Shown: positions 48,162 to 58,679 of the stretch, piece by piece
Position numbering within the stretch: position 1 is the stretch's first letter
How the letters are laid out: each line of letters opens with the position of its first letter
NCBI GenBank assembly: GCA_024637115.1
Contig: JAGXFU010000010.1
Location: 2,317-66,316, forward strand
Source of the DNA: Actinomycetes bacterium
GTDB taxonomy: Bacteria > Actinomycetota > Coriobacteriia > Anaerosomatales > JAGXFU01
DNA length: 64,000 nucleotides
Reading direction: 5' to 3'
Notes under the pieces: model-generated
Told to the model about the DNA's origin: nothing
Seen by the model: the letters and a program-made list of their open reading frames with translations, nothing else
The model's database searches: none
Position numbers and translations under genes: made by a program

Positions 48162-49496
48162 CTATGGGGTCTCACTTGGTGAGGACTCTTGTGACGGAGC
48201 CAGATCCAGATTGTCGGGTTTCACCCCGACCTCCATCTCGACTTCCATCCTCTCGCCATTTCGATAGAGGGCGATCGTGACGATATCGCCGATCTCATGT
48301 CGTCGCACCTGGAGAATGAGATCCTCCATAGACAGGATAGGATCATCGTTGAGCATCACGATGACATCGCCCGGCAAGAGGTCCGCCTTCTCGGCGTTGG
48401 TGCCGGGGGTGATGTCAACGATATACGCGCCCTCCTGAACCGGAAGGTTCTCTTCTTCAACGAGCACAGGGTCCACATCTCTTCCAAGGATGCCAAGGAA
48501 GGGGTGTTCAGCTCTGCCATTCTCAACGAGGTCGTTCGCGATGCGCACGGCGGTGTTCACGGGAATCGCAAATCCAATCCCCCCGCTGGATCCGGTGTCC
48601 GAGTAGATAGCGGCGTTGATTCCGATCAGCGCGCCGTAGCGATCGACCAGGGCACCGCCTGAGTTGCCGGGGTTGATCGCTGCGTCGGTCTGGATGACGT
48701 CAACGAGGGGGTAGACGCCCTCCTCGCCGTTGAGCGGGGTCGTGAGCGCACGTCCAAGTGCGCTGATGACCCCCGCGCTCACGGAATGCTCGAGTCCGAA
48801 CGGAGAGCCGATAGCAACGCTTGACTGCCCGACCAGGAGGTCATCTGAATCGCCGACCTCGATCAAGGACAGTTCGGCATCGATCTCAACAACCGCGATG
48901 TCCGTTTCTGTATCCACGCCAATGACTGTGCCAGCGTGGTGCTCACGGTCTGTGCCGGTCACGGTGATCTTTGTTGCGTCTGCCACAACGTGCGCGTTGG
49001 TGATGATGTATGTTCCACCGTTGTCAGTGTGCGTCCAGGCCACCCCTGAACCATTGCCCATGACGGGTACACCGGGATGCCCCTGAGGGAGTTCTCCGTC
49101 TTCCTGCGCAACAGCGTCTCCTGAGATGTCTATGTTGACGACTGCCGGTAGCGCAGCTGCGGCCGCAGCTGCAATCGGTTCTTCGGTATCAGACGGGATC
49201 ACCCGGATGGTTTCGGGGGTGGAGGTGATTCCGCCGCGTGATGCGAGCCATTGGCCCGCGTAGCCCGCGAGGCCGCCCGCCAACGTCCCAACGATCAGCG
49301 CGGCGACAAGTGCGATGGTGATTGCGCCTCCAAGCGAGACACCGCTCGCAGGTGAGGATGCAGGGGGTACGGGTACCACCGGGGTTGAATGTTGAAAGGG
49401 CGTCTCGGTGGGGTCCTCGGTCACAGGTGTGTCGCTCTCGTCGGGAACAACGGGCAGAGCTGTTTCATCTGACGGTGAAGCGGAGTGTTCGTCCAT
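48162..49496 (-). CDS. htrA: HtrA/DegP-family serine protease with PDZ domain
   Basis: TNAHVV, DIAV, DAAINPGNSGG, N-terminal TM. Confidence 0.94.
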   Translation of the reverse strand: MDEHSASPSDETALPVVPDESDTPVTEDPTETPFQHSTPVVPVPPASSPASGVSLGGAITIALVAALIVGTLAGGLAGYAGQWLASRGGITSTPETIRVIPSDTEEPIAAAAAAALPAVVNIDISGDAVAQEDGELPQGHPGVPVMGNGSGVAWTHTDNGGTYIITNAHVVADATKITVTGTDREHHAGTVIGVDTETDIAVVEIDAELSLIEVGDSDDLLVGQSSVAIGSPFGLEHSVSAGVISALGRALTTPLNGEEGVYPLVDVIQTDAAINPGNSGGALVDRYGALIGINAAIYSDTGSSGGIGFAIPVNTAVRIANDLVENGRAEHPFLGILGRDVDPVLVEEENLPVQEGAYIVDITPGTNAEKADLLPGDVIVMLNDDPILSMEDLILQVRRHEIGDIVTIALYRNGERMEVEMEVGVKPDNLDLAPSQESSPSETP

Positions 49497-49641
49497 GTGT
49501 CACCTCTAGCTTGTTGGTCCATGCACGTGCAGCTTGGTATTCATAGTACGCTCAGAACATATGCCCATGGTCTGTGCGGGGGAAAATGCACAAAAGCAGC
49601 ACACCGATACAGAGAGCCACGTGAGAGAACGTCAGGGCGAG

Positions 49642-51069
49642 ATGTCTCAAGACACCTGCTACCACGACCCAAACCCGCGCATCGTGCTCGGCATTCTCAT
49701 TGCCGGCACATTTCTGGCTCCCCTCGATTCTTCGATCGTAAACATCGCGCTGCCCGCCATTGCGGCGGACTACGGAGCGAGTATGACTTCGGTGGGCTGG
49801 GTGGCCACGGCTTACTTGCTCACCAACGCGTCACTTGTGTTGAGCATGGGGCGCCTGGGTGACATCTGGGGTCTGCGACGCGTCTACGTGGCGGGTTTCG
49901 TTGTATTTGGCACAGGATCTCTTGCCTGCGCGGTGTCTCCGAGTTTGATCGTGCTCATCCTGAGTCGAGTTGTTCAAGCGGTTGGTGCATCGATGATGTT
50001 TGCCGCCGGACCTGCGTTGGTCACGAGGGCGTTCCCTCCCGAGACACGAGGGCGAGCCCTGGGATGGATATCGCTTTCGGTGTCTGCGGGGCTGACGGTA
50101 GGCCCGAGTCTGGGAGGTTTTCTCCTTGGGGCGTTGGGCTGGCAGGCAGTGTTCCTGATCAACATCCCGCTCTCGATCATCGTTGCGGTCGCGGCCGCCC
50201 GCAAACTGCCCAAGGATTGTCCCGAGCCCGAGGCATTCGATCTCGTAGGCGCTCTTCTCGGAGCAATCGCGCTGACCCTTCTGCTCCTTGCGTTCTCGGC
50301 TACTGAGCACGTTGGTCTGTTCTCGGGACTTGTTATGGGACTACTTGCGGCAGCGATCGTCGCGGGGTGGTTGTTCGTTCGAACCGAGTTGACGGTGCCG
50401 CACCCCACGCTTGACTTCGGCCTGTTTCAGTCACGGACGTTTCGCGCAGGGGTCGGTTCGGCGGTACTTGCCTACATGGCTCTCTTTGCGGTGACCTTCA
50501 CGATGCCGTTCTACTTGTTGAGGGTGTTGGGGATCGACCCTGCGGTGGCGGGCCTTCTGCTCACGGCCACACCGCTGAGTATGGCCGTATTCTCTCCGGT
50601 GGCCGGCCGCCTGTCAGATAAGTACGGGAGTCGCGGGCTTACCACCGGCGGCCTCTCCGTGCTGGCATCTGCGCTCCTGGCTGCGTCCTTCTTTGGGGCG
50701 GCAACGTCCACCGTCACGATCGGGATCGTGCTCGTGGCAGTCGGAACCGGTCTGTCGTTCTTTGGGGCCCCGAACTCCGCCGACGTCCTGCGGGCGACTC
50801 CGAGAACACGCGTTGGAGTGGGCTCCGCATTGATCGGCCAGGCCCGCAATCTTGGTATGACTCTCGGCATCGCAACGACTGCGGCGATCATCGCGGCAGG
50901 GCTGGACGGAGCGGCTCTCATGGACTCCACGCAGGCGCTGAACCCGGCCGAGGCACTGCAGTTCGTCTCCGCGATGCGACCGGCATTCATAGCTGCAGCC
51001 GTGATCGCAGTGGTTGGGGCGGCTGTCTCCTGGAGCAGGGGCGCACATAAAGCGCCGTATAGTGGTTGA
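49642..51069 (+). CDS. MFS transporter (DHA2 family)
   Basis: LDSSIVNIALP, GRLGDIWG, GRLSDKYG; many TM segments. Confidence 0.9.
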   Translation: MSQDTCYHDPNPRIVLGILIAGTFLAPLDSSIVNIALPAIAADYGASMTSVGWVATAYLLTNASLVLSMGRLGDIWGLRRVYVAGFVVFGTGSLACAVSPSLIVLILSRVVQAVGASMMFAAGPALVTRAFPPETRGRALGWISLSVSAGLTVGPSLGGFLLGALGWQAVFLINIPLSIIVAVAAARKLPKDCPEPEAFDLVGALLGAIALTLLLLAFSATEHVGLFSGLVMGLLAAAIVAGWLFVRTELTVPHPTLDFGLFQSRTFRAGVGSAVLAYMALFAVTFTMPFYLLRVLGIDPAVAGLLLTATPLSMAVFSPVAGRLSDKYGSRGLTTGGLSVLASALLAASFFGAATSTVTIGIVLVAVGTGLSFFGAPNSADVLRATPRTRVGVGSALIGQARNLGMTLGIATTAAIIAAGLDGAALMDSTQALNPAEALQFVSAMRPAFIAAAVIAVVGAAVSWSRGAHKAPYSG

Positions 51070-51100
51070 GGCCGTACTGCAGGTACCGTAGACTGCCAGC

Positions 51101-51673
51101 ATGACTGAGGACACACAATCACCCGAACTCATCCCTGCCGAGGAGCCCCAACCTGCTCCCGAGCCGTCCACCAAGGTCGTAGCCGAACCGGCGAAGGCCG
51201 AACTGCCCGCATCAGAAGAGGGCCCCGCGCCTGAGCCGTCCGTGGCCCTATCCCCTGAGCCCGCCGACGTCCCGGCGCCCGAATCGGAGATCAAGCCTGT
51301 CCGGAGACCCTCGCGTATCGCGTGGTGGCCCTTCATCACCTACTCGGTGCTGTGGGTCGGACTGATCGTGTTCACAGGATATCTGCTCGCCCGTGGCCCT
51401 CAGGCAGCCCTTCCCTCTGTCTCCCAGGATCTCTATCCTTCGCTCCTGCTCGCCGCTCTCGTGATGACGCTGCTGGGTCCGTTGCTTGCCATGTTCATGT
51501 GGTTCATCGCGTGGCTATCGGCCGAGAAGCATGCTCGCGGCGGGTTGTTCACCATTTCGTTCGTTCGCGCATCGATACTCACATTTGTCGGCGTAGTCTT
51601 GTGGTACGGGGTGCTGGTGGCTGTCGATGCCGTGCGCCTCGGACTGATCACACTACCCGCCGGCCTGTCATAG
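51101..51673 (+). CDS. Hypothetical membrane protein (Pro/Glu-rich N-terminus, 3 TM)
   Basis: Fills the MFS-ddl gap, same strand. Confidence 0.7.
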   Translation: MTEDTQSPELIPAEEPQPAPEPSTKVVAEPAKAELPASEEGPAPEPSVALSPEPADVPAPESEIKPVRRPSRIAWWPFITYSVLWVGLIVFTGYLLARGPQAALPSVSQDLYPSLLLAALVMTLLGPLLAMFMWFIAWLSAEKHARGGLFTISFVRASILTFVGVVLWYGVLVAVDAVRLGLITLPAGLS

Positions 51674-51682
51674 GGAGTCGGA

Positions 51683-52609
51683 ATGTCCGAAGCTCTCAAG
51701 GTCCTCGTCCTCAAAGGTGGGCGTTCGGCCGAGCGCGAAGTCTCACTCAATACCGGCTCGCAGGTTGCCGAAGCATTGAGAACCCAGGGACACTGCGTTG
51801 TCTCAGTCGATGCAGCAGCTCCCGACTTTATCGAGCAGATCAAATCGCACAAAGCCGACGTGGTGTTCATCTGCCTGCATGGGCGATTTGGAGAGGACGG
51901 CACCGTCCAAGGATTGCTCGAACTCCTCGGAATACCGTACGTGGGATCAGGGGTTCTGGCCTCCGCGCTCGCGATGGACAAGGTCATGTCCAAGCACATC
52001 TATGCCCATGCGGGGTTGCCGACACCCGACTATGTGGTGCTGCGTGCCGGTGAACCCTGGTCTGCCGAGGAGATCACTGAATTCCTGGGACCCAAGACGG
52101 TGGTCAAGCCAGCTAACGAAGGGTCTGCGATCGGAGTCACCATCGCCCACACGCCAACCGAGCTCCCGGCGGCTGTCGAGGCGGCGTTCGAATTCGATAC
52201 CAATGTGCTCGTTGAGAAGTTCGTAGAAGGAGTGGAGGGCACCGTTGGAGTTATTGGCAACGACTCATTGCTCGCGCTTCCTATGATTGAGATCGTTCCC
52301 GAACACGAGTTCTATGACTACGAGTCCAAGTATGTTCCCGGTATGAGTCGGCATATCATCCCCGCTCGGGTCAGCCCCGAAGCGTTGGTCGAGTGTGAAC
52401 GCGTTGCCCTGGAGGCGCACCGTGTCTTGGGTTGTCGGGGGATGTCGCGTTCAGACACGATGATCGAGCCCGATGGCTCGGTACTCCTTCTTGAGACAAA
52501 CACGATTCCGGGAATGACGTCCACGAGTTTGCTTCCCGATGCAGCTCGTGCTGCGGGAATCGAGTTTCCTGACTTGTGTGATCGGCTCGTGAGGCTGGCG
52601 CTCGCCTAG
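51683..52609 (+). CDS. ddl: D-alanine--D-alanine ligase
   Basis: GGRSAEREVS, LHGRFGEDG, FYDYESKY, ETNTIPGMT. Confidence 0.96.
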   Translation: MSEALKVLVLKGGRSAEREVSLNTGSQVAEALRTQGHCVVSVDAAAPDFIEQIKSHKADVVFICLHGRFGEDGTVQGLLELLGIPYVGSGVLASALAMDKVMSKHIYAHAGLPTPDYVVLRAGEPWSAEEITEFLGPKTVVKPANEGSAIGVTIAHTPTELPAAVEAAFEFDTNVLVEKFVEGVEGTVGVIGNDSLLALPMIEIVPEHEFYDYESKYVPGMSRHIIPARVSPEALVECERVALEAHRVLGCRGMSRSDTMIEPDGSVLLLETNTIPGMTSTSLLPDAARAAGIEFPDLCDRLVRLALA

Positions 52610-54735
52610 GTGTCGGTTTCTGTGTCCGTCGGAGCGAGTGGCAGCGAGACCACGAAGCGCGCGCCGAGCCCGGCCGGCCGGGCTTCGACAAACACTCTTC
52701 CGCCGTGGCTCTCCACGATTGCACGCACGATGTAGAGTCCGAGTCCCACGCCGGGGTGCCTCGCGCCGGTATCGCTCTCAAGGCGGGCAAACCTCTCGAA
52801 TATCGCTTCTCTCATCTCTTCAGGAACACCGGATCCTTCATCTTCGACTGTGATTGTTGCCAGATGATCGTCGCACGAGAGTGAGATGAAGATATTCGTG
52901 TGGGCAGGGGAGTACTTCATTGCGTTTGTAATCAGGTTGACAAGAACCTGGCGCAGGCGGCGCTCCTCGCCAAGCACGATAGCGCTGCAGCCTGCTTCAA
53001 GATGCAACTCGTGCGGTGAAGTGTGCTCGAACGAGGACGCCGTATCTCGAGCGATCTCACTCATGTCAACGCGAAGCAGCTCGATCGGAGAGAACATCTC
53101 TTCGGCTCGGGTAGCTGCAAGAAGATCTTCGAGCAACTCCTGCATGCGCTGAGCGGAACGCTGAGCGGAGGTAATCGCCTTGATGCGGGCACTCTCATCG
53201 AGATTCCGGGTCATGAGATCGAGGTAGCCGCTAATCACCGTCAGAGGAGCTCGGAGGTCGTGAGACACGAGCCCAACGATCTCGGTCCGAAGGTCATCCA
53301 GGCGGCGATTGTCGGTCACGTCACGAGTGGTGACCAGCATCGTGCCGTCTGTCTGCGAATGGGGAACGGTCTTGATCTCCAGCCAACGAGTGCCGCGACC
53401 CTCACGCTCGAACATGAGAATCAGACTGCTGTCGATTGCTGCGTCGGGAATGGTCGAAGAGTCCACGAGAGTGCCGTTCACATCTGTGAATGCTCCGGAG
53501 GAAAACGCGGCAGCCGGAGGCTGCCCGAGGGCGTCCTCGGGCTCGATCCCAAGGTGCGTGGCTGCGGCGGGATTGAATACGGTGATGAGCCCGTTGTGAA
53601 CGAGCACCTTTCCCTCAAGAGAGTCCTGAACCGCGATATCCAGGGATTTCTTTGACGCGTCGGCCTCTTCTATTGCAGTGGCGAGTGCGACTTGATGGAG
53701 CTGGAGTTCATCGAATGTGGAGTTGAACACCTCTATGAGATGGGAGAACTCATAGGGCAGAAGCGGGTCAATGGGAAGGGGCCCGATTTCATGACCCGCG
53801 AGAGCGTCGGCCCTACGTTTTGTGATGTGATTCGACAGACCCGTGATCGGACGTGCGATCGCCCTGGCCACGAGCAGACCCACACCAAGGCCGATGACGC
53901 TTGCGAGAACAGTAATGAAGGCGATGAACACGCCAAAGACGCTGGCGATAGGTTCGACGGATAGCGAATCAAGATAGGTGACTGTTGAGGCGGCTCGTCC
54001 ATCGACACCGGGGATCTCGGCTTCGAGCCTGAAACTGTTGCCTTCGGAGACGATAGCCACATCATCGAATGCTTCGTTGTCCAAGATCCGGCTATCCGAG
54101 CCAACCTGGGCGGATGCCTCGGGAGCTTCGAAGGCGAGCTCTCCGGACAGAGAGATTGCGTCGACATCGAGCGGGGCGGCGACAACGAGCTGGCCGACCG
54201 GTGGATCTCCCGGGTCGATCCCAACGATATCCTCGCGGGCAACGAGAGTCGGAGTTCCCTGAAGGTCGATCGGCCCGTACGTCCACGCGAAGTCAAGCTC
54301 ACGAAGTAACAACGCCTCGATCGCCGCTATGTGTCCGGGTTCGCCGAACGAGTAGACTTCGTTCCCGTTGGTGTCAAGGAATACGATGGCCGACACGCCG
54401 ATCTGACGGGCGTATGCATCAAGGGTATCGGCCATATCCGGCGCGATGATTCCGCTGACTGCCGCTTCGCGCATTCGATAAGCTGCTCCAAAGGGGGCTG
54501 TGGACCCGTGCAGCGCGGCTCCCTGTTGGCGAACGCCCTGATCGACGTGGGTGAGAGCTTCGCGTGCAGCTTCGTCTTCGTAGAGTGGGCGCGCGGCTTG
54601 AGCGGCGAGCACGACGCCCACTCCCGCCACCGCAAGTACAACGAGGCTGGTCAGAAGGATTGTCAGAGTGATGCGCGAACCCAGCCGTGAAGGCAGAATC
54701 CGTGCAAGAAGCATTCTGTTGCCCTGACCGTTCAT
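52606..54735 (-). CDS. Membrane sensor histidine kinase (extracellular domain, HAMP-like, PAS, HisKA, HATPase)
   Basis: SHDLRAPLT, NLITNAMKY, DEGSG, GVGLGL; two TM segments. Confidence 0.9.
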   Translation of the reverse strand: MNGQGNRMLLARILPSRLGSRITLTILLTSLVVLAVAGVGVVLAAQAARPLYEDEAAREALTHVDQGVRQQGAALHGSTAPFGAAYRMREAAVSGIIAPDMADTLDAYARQIGVSAIVFLDTNGNEVYSFGEPGHIAAIEALLLRELDFAWTYGPIDLQGTPTLVAREDIVGIDPGDPPVGQLVVAAPLDVDAISLSGELAFEAPEASAQVGSDSRILDNEAFDDVAIVSEGNSFRLEAEIPGVDGRAASTVTYLDSLSVEPIASVFGVFIAFITVLASVIGLGVGLLVARAIARPITGLSNHITKRRADALAGHEIGPLPIDPLLPYEFSHLIEVFNSTFDELQLHQVALATAIEEADASKKSLDIAVQDSLEGKVLVHNGLITVFNPAAATHLGIEPEDALGQPPAAAFSSGAFTDVNGTLVDSSTIPDAAIDSSLILMFEREGRGTRWLEIKTVPHSQTDGTMLVTTRDVTDNRRLDDLRTEIVGLVSHDLRAPLTVISGYLDLMTRNLDESARIKAITSAQRSAQRMQELLEDLLAATRAEEMFSPIELLRVDMSEIARDTASSFEHTSPHELHLEAGCSAIVLGEERRLRQVLVNLITNAMKYSPAHTNIFISLSCDDHLATITVEDEGSGVPEEMREAIFERFARLESDTGARHPGVGLGLYIVRAIVESHGGRVFVEARPAGLGARFVVSLPLAPTDTETDT

Positions 54736-54868
54736 AGTCTCCCATTCGTAACATACCGATTATCGGCATATTCCCACGAAGAATATAACCTGTCTAACGG
54801 GCGGACGGTAAATATTGAATGACGAACGGTCATGAGATGGTGTCCATGCGATGGGGTACCATCATCGT

Positions 54869-54971
54869 TGAAGGGGAGTAGCTACCCGGCGTTGTCGGGG
54901 AGGCAGGCCGTCATCACGGGCATGGAGCCCCGGCGCTGCCACGAGGGACATCCTCATGTGCCAGACCTTCA
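54869..54971 (+). promoter_or_regulatory. yybP-ykoY (Mn2+) riboswitch
   Basis: TGAAGGGGAGTAGC..CCGTCATCAC..CCGG..AGACCTTCA, with P1 TGAAGG/CCTTCA; upstream of a P-type ATPase. Confidence 0.85.
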
Positions 54972-55008
54972 CGGTGGATTGTCCCTTGCGTGAAGAGGTG
55001 GAGGCAGG

Positions 55009-57654
55009 TTGTCCATACAGCAATTGACTCAGACGAATACCGACGCTTACATGCACGCGGCGGATGATGTCCTCGACGCTCTCGAGACATCTCCGCAAGG
55101 CCTGGGCGCCTCCGAGGCGTCGCGTCGTCTTGAGACCTTAGGTCCCAACGCTCTTCCCGATGGCAAGCAGCGGTCGATCCTTGCCATGATCGGCGCTCAG
55201 TTCGCCGACTTCCTCATCCTGCTGCTGATCGGTGCCGCGGTGATCTCCGGTCTTCTCGGCGAAGTGGCCGACACGGTGGCCATCATCGTGATCGTCGTAC
55301 TCAATGCGGTGATCGGCGTGGTGCAGGAGTATCGAGCGCAGCGTGCGATGGAAGCGCTCAAGAAGATGGCGTCGGTTGTCGCGGCAGTGAGACGAGACGG
55401 CGTTGTGGTGGAAATCCCGGCCGATGAGATTACGGTGGGCGACATTGTTCTGCTTGATGCAGGCAGAGTCGTGCCTGCTGACTTGCGGCTCATTGAGTCT
55501 GCTCGACTGAGCATTGCAGAGGCTGCGCTCACCGGAGAATCCCTCCCGGTCAATAAGACGATCGCACCGATTACGGATTCGCAGGCTCCTCTCGGGGACC
55601 GCCTGTGCATGGCATATCGAGGTACGCAGGTGGTCAACGGTCGCGGTGTCGGCGTGGTGACGGCAGTCGGGCTCCAGACGGAGCTCGGCAAGATCGCGGG
55701 TCTGCTTGGCGAGACCGGCGAGGTCAAGACCCCGCTCCAGAAACGACTCGCTCAGTTCGGAAAGTGGCTTGGCGTGGCCGCACTTGGTCTGTGCACACTC
55801 GTGTTCGTGGTCGGACTGCTGCGTGGTGAAGATGTGCTCGTCATGTTTCTCACATCTGTCAGCCTCGCGGTTGCTGCCGTTCCCGAAGCGCTTCCTGCGG
55901 TCGCCACGATCTCTCTGGCATTCGGGGCGCGCAAGCTCGTTCGAACCAACGCTCTCGTGCGCCGTTTGCCCGCAGTCGAGACACTCGGCTCGGTCACGTT
56001 CATCTGTACCGACAAGACCGGCACGCTCACGCTCAACCAGATGGCCGTCGAGCGAATCAGCACGACCGGTCCTGCCGAGGACGGACTCACCGGCACGCAC
56101 CTTGAGAGCGACGGAGCCTGGATGTGGCTCGCACGTGCGATGTGCCTGTCCAACGACGTTGAGGGATTTGCCGAGGGTGAACTCGTGGGCGACCCGACCG
56201 AAGTGGCGCTGGTCAACTCGGCCATTGGCGCAGGGGTTTCGGTCTCTGAACTCAGTCAGTCGCTGCCGCGTGTCGCAGAACTGCCGTTCGACTCCGACCG
56301 AAAGCTCATGACAACGGTTCATGAGAATACCTCAGGCGGATTTGTCGGATTCACCAAAGGAGCAACCGAATCGGTCGTGGCCCGCTCCCGGATCGCGATG
56401 GATGAAGCAGGCCATGAGGTGGCTCTCGAGCGCGAAGCGATACTCGAGCGCGCCGATGAGTGGTCCGCCCGTGGCATGCGGGTCCTGGCATTTGGCATGC
56501 GAAAGCTCGCGTCGGTGGCCGAGGAGCCCGAGGAGTCGGACCTGGAGAACGACCTGCTCTTCCTGGGCCTCGTGGGCCTGGTAGATCCACCGCGACCGGA
56601 AGCGGCCGAGGCGGTCGCCCTGTGCATCGAAGCAGGGATCGTTCCGGTCATGATCACCGGCGACCACCCCGCGACAGCGTTTGCGATTGCGAAGCGACTT
56701 GGAATCTGCGACGACCCTGACCAGATGATCACGGGTGTTGAGCTCGATGCCCTCGATCTGCACCATTTCGAGCAGCGCGTCGAGGACCTGCGGGTATATG
56801 CGCGCGTTGCTCCCGAACAGAAACTCAAGATCGTGGAGGCGCTTCAGGATCGCGGCGAGTTTGTAGCCATGACCGGCGACGGAGTGAATGACGCTCCTGC
56901 GCTTGCCCGCGCAGACATCGGTGTGGCGATGGGCATTGGCGGTACCGATGTGGCCAAAGAGGCCGCGGACATGATTCTTACCGACGATAACTTCGCCTCG
57001 ATCGTCTCGTCTGTGCGTGAAGGGCGTCGCGTATTCGACAACATACGCAAATTCATCAAGTACACGATGACCAGCAATACGGGTGAGATATGGACGATTC
57101 TGTTCGCGCCCTTCTTTGGTCTTCCTATTCCGTTGCTTCCGATCCATATTCTTTGGATCAATCTGGTGACCGACGGGCTTCCCGGACTCGCATACGCAGC
57201 TGAGCCTGCAGAGGGTTCGATCATGCAGCGTGCCCCACGACCACCAAAAGAAAGCATCTTTGCCGAGGGGCTCGGCTTTGACCTTGTGTGGGTCGGACTC
57301 CTTATGGGCTCGGTCTCCCTCGTAACGCAAGCCGCGGCCATCGAGCTTGGCTGGCATTGGCAGACGATGGTGTTCACGGTTCTGTGCTTTAGCCAGCTGG
57401 GCAACGCGCTTGCAATCCGCTCGGATAGGGAGTCCCTCTTTACCCAGGGAATGTGGTCGAACCGTCCCATGCTCGGAGCGGTGCTGCTCACTCTGGCGGC
57501 GCAGCTGGCAACGATCTACGTGCCGATTCTGCAGGGGGTGTTCAAGACCAAGCCGCTTACCGGAGCCGAGCTCGGCGTGGCTCTTGCGATGTCCACGGTT
57601 GTCTTCTGGGCCGTTGAGGTCCAGAAGGTGTGGAAGCGCAGAACCGGTCGCTAG
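55009..57654 (+). CDS. P-type (P2A, Ca2+/Mn2+-type) cation-transporting ATPase
   Basis: LTGES, AVPEAL, DKTGTLT, TGDGVNDAP, WINLVTD; TTG start after GGAGG. Confidence 0.93.
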   Translation: MSIQQLTQTNTDAYMHAADDVLDALETSPQGLGASEASRRLETLGPNALPDGKQRSILAMIGAQFADFLILLLIGAAVISGLLGEVADTVAIIVIVVLNAVIGVVQEYRAQRAMEALKKMASVVAAVRRDGVVVEIPADEITVGDIVLLDAGRVVPADLRLIESARLSIAEAALTGESLPVNKTIAPITDSQAPLGDRLCMAYRGTQVVNGRGVGVVTAVGLQTELGKIAGLLGETGEVKTPLQKRLAQFGKWLGVAALGLCTLVFVVGLLRGEDVLVMFLTSVSLAVAAVPEALPAVATISLAFGARKLVRTNALVRRLPAVETLGSVTFICTDKTGTLTLNQMAVERISTTGPAEDGLTGTHLESDGAWMWLARAMCLSNDVEGFAEGELVGDPTEVALVNSAIGAGVSVSELSQSLPRVAELPFDSDRKLMTTVHENTSGGFVGFTKGATESVVARSRIAMDEAGHEVALEREAILERADEWSARGMRVLAFGMRKLASVAEEPEESDLENDLLFLGLVGLVDPPRPEAAEAVALCIEAGIVPVMITGDHPATAFAIAKRLGICDDPDQMITGVELDALDLHHFEQRVEDLRVYARVAPEQKLKIVEALQDRGEFVAMTGDGVNDAPALARADIGVAMGIGGTDVAKEAADMILTDDNFASIVSSVREGRRVFDNIRKFIKYTMTSNTGEIWTILFAPFFGLPIPLLPIHILWINLVTDGLPGLAYAAEPAEGSIMQRAPRPPKESIFAEGLGFDLVWVGLLMGSVSLVTQAAAIELGWHWQTMVFTVLCFSQLGNALAIRSDRESLFTQGMWSNRPMLGAVLLTLAAQLATIYVPILQGVFKTKPLTGAELGVALAMSTVVFWAVEVQKVWKRRTGR

Positions 57655-58511
57655 AGAGCTGCTTCTTTGGCCAGTGCGCGTCCGGTCGGAGTAGCCGCGA
57701 GACCGCCGAGTGCGGTCTCGCGAAGAGACGGCGGCAGTGAGCGTCCGATGTGAGCTGCCGCCGTGGCGACCTCATCGAACGGAACCGGAAACTCTACACC
57801 GGCCAGGGCCAACTCGATTGCTGCCAGCGCCACGGCGGCGCCCGTTGCGTTGCGCGCAACGCACGGCACTTCCACAAGTCCTCCGATCGGGTCACATACC
57901 AGGCCAAGCAGCCCTTGCAGCGCGAGGGAGGCCGCGTGTCCGGCCTGTTCGGGAGTTGCTCCCAGCATCTCCGCACCAGCTGCCGCCGCCATCGCTGCCG
58001 CCGAGCCGATCTCTGCCTGGCATCCTCCGGCAGCGCCGGAGAGCGTTGCACGGGCTGCGAGCACCGCCCCTACAGCCGATGCGGTGATAAGGGCATCGAC
58101 AAGGTCATGGTCGGCAATCTGGTGTTCCTCCGCGATGGTCAAGAGGACTCCCGGTAACACACCTGACGCGCCGCCCGTAGGGGCTGCCACGATGCGGCCC
58201 ATGGCCGCGTTCACTTCACCCACGGCAAGGGCCCGCGCAATCGCGTGTGCAAGCACGGTGCCCGATGCGTGCGAGGGGGACTCCGCAACCCGCTTGGCAT
58301 CGCCGCCCACAAGACCGGAGCGTGAGCGAGCGTTGCCAGCAAGACCTTGGGCGACCGATTCACGCATCACCTCGAGCTGGTCTGCCATGGTGGCTCGAAT
58401 CGAGTCGGGCGAAGCATCGGTTTCTTGGTACTCACGGGCGATCGCAGCGTGCGAAAGAGAGCCCGCAGAGACGCTGGCTCGAAGCAGTTCATCGAATGAG
58501 GCGTATGCCAT
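57651..58511 (-). CDS. sdaAA: Fe-S L-serine dehydratase alpha subunit
   Basis: NAAMGRIVAAPT, GGCQAEIG, LGLVCDP.GGLVEVPC, LRETALGGLA. Confidence 0.94.
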   Translation of the reverse strand: MAYASFDELLRASVSAGSLSHAAIAREYQETDASPDSIRATMADQLEVMRESVAQGLAGNARSRSGLVGGDAKRVAESPSHASGTVLAHAIARALAVGEVNAAMGRIVAAPTGGASGVLPGVLLTIAEEHQIADHDLVDALITASAVGAVLAARATLSGAAGGCQAEIGSAAAMAAAAGAEMLGATPEQAGHAASLALQGLLGLVCDPIGGLVEVPCVARNATGAAVALAAIELALAGVEFPVPFDEVATAAAHIGRSLPPSLRETALGGLAATPTGRALAKEAAL

Positions 58512-58593
58512 GGGTCCTCCAATAGAGACGGGTGGCTAGTGCGATTGTATCCTCTGCGCCAGCGCGTAACACAGCCGGGTCGCACGCAATACC

Positions 58594-58653
58594 TTGACGA
58601 TACGTTGGCACGGAAGTAGCATACACGCTACATGAGTCTTAGTATCCACTAAG
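58594..58653 (+). promoter_or_regulatory. feoA promoter with downstream DtxR/MntR-like operator
   Basis: TTGACG(58594)-17nt-TAGCAT; palindrome CTTAGT-ATCC-ACTAAG at 58638-58653. Confidence 0.6.
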
Positions 58654-58679
58654 TATTGCGACCGCAGGGAGTGCCTCCA

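Noticed and set aside
52606-54735. Sensor kinase without an adjacent response regulator
   Set aside because: Orphan kinases are common and nothing else is unusual
55138-57491. Long antisense ORFs (394, 341, 215 aa) opposite the P-type ATPase, and similar ones opposite cgs, gyrB and parB
   Set aside because: Typical shadow ORFs of high-GC coding sequence, with no motifs
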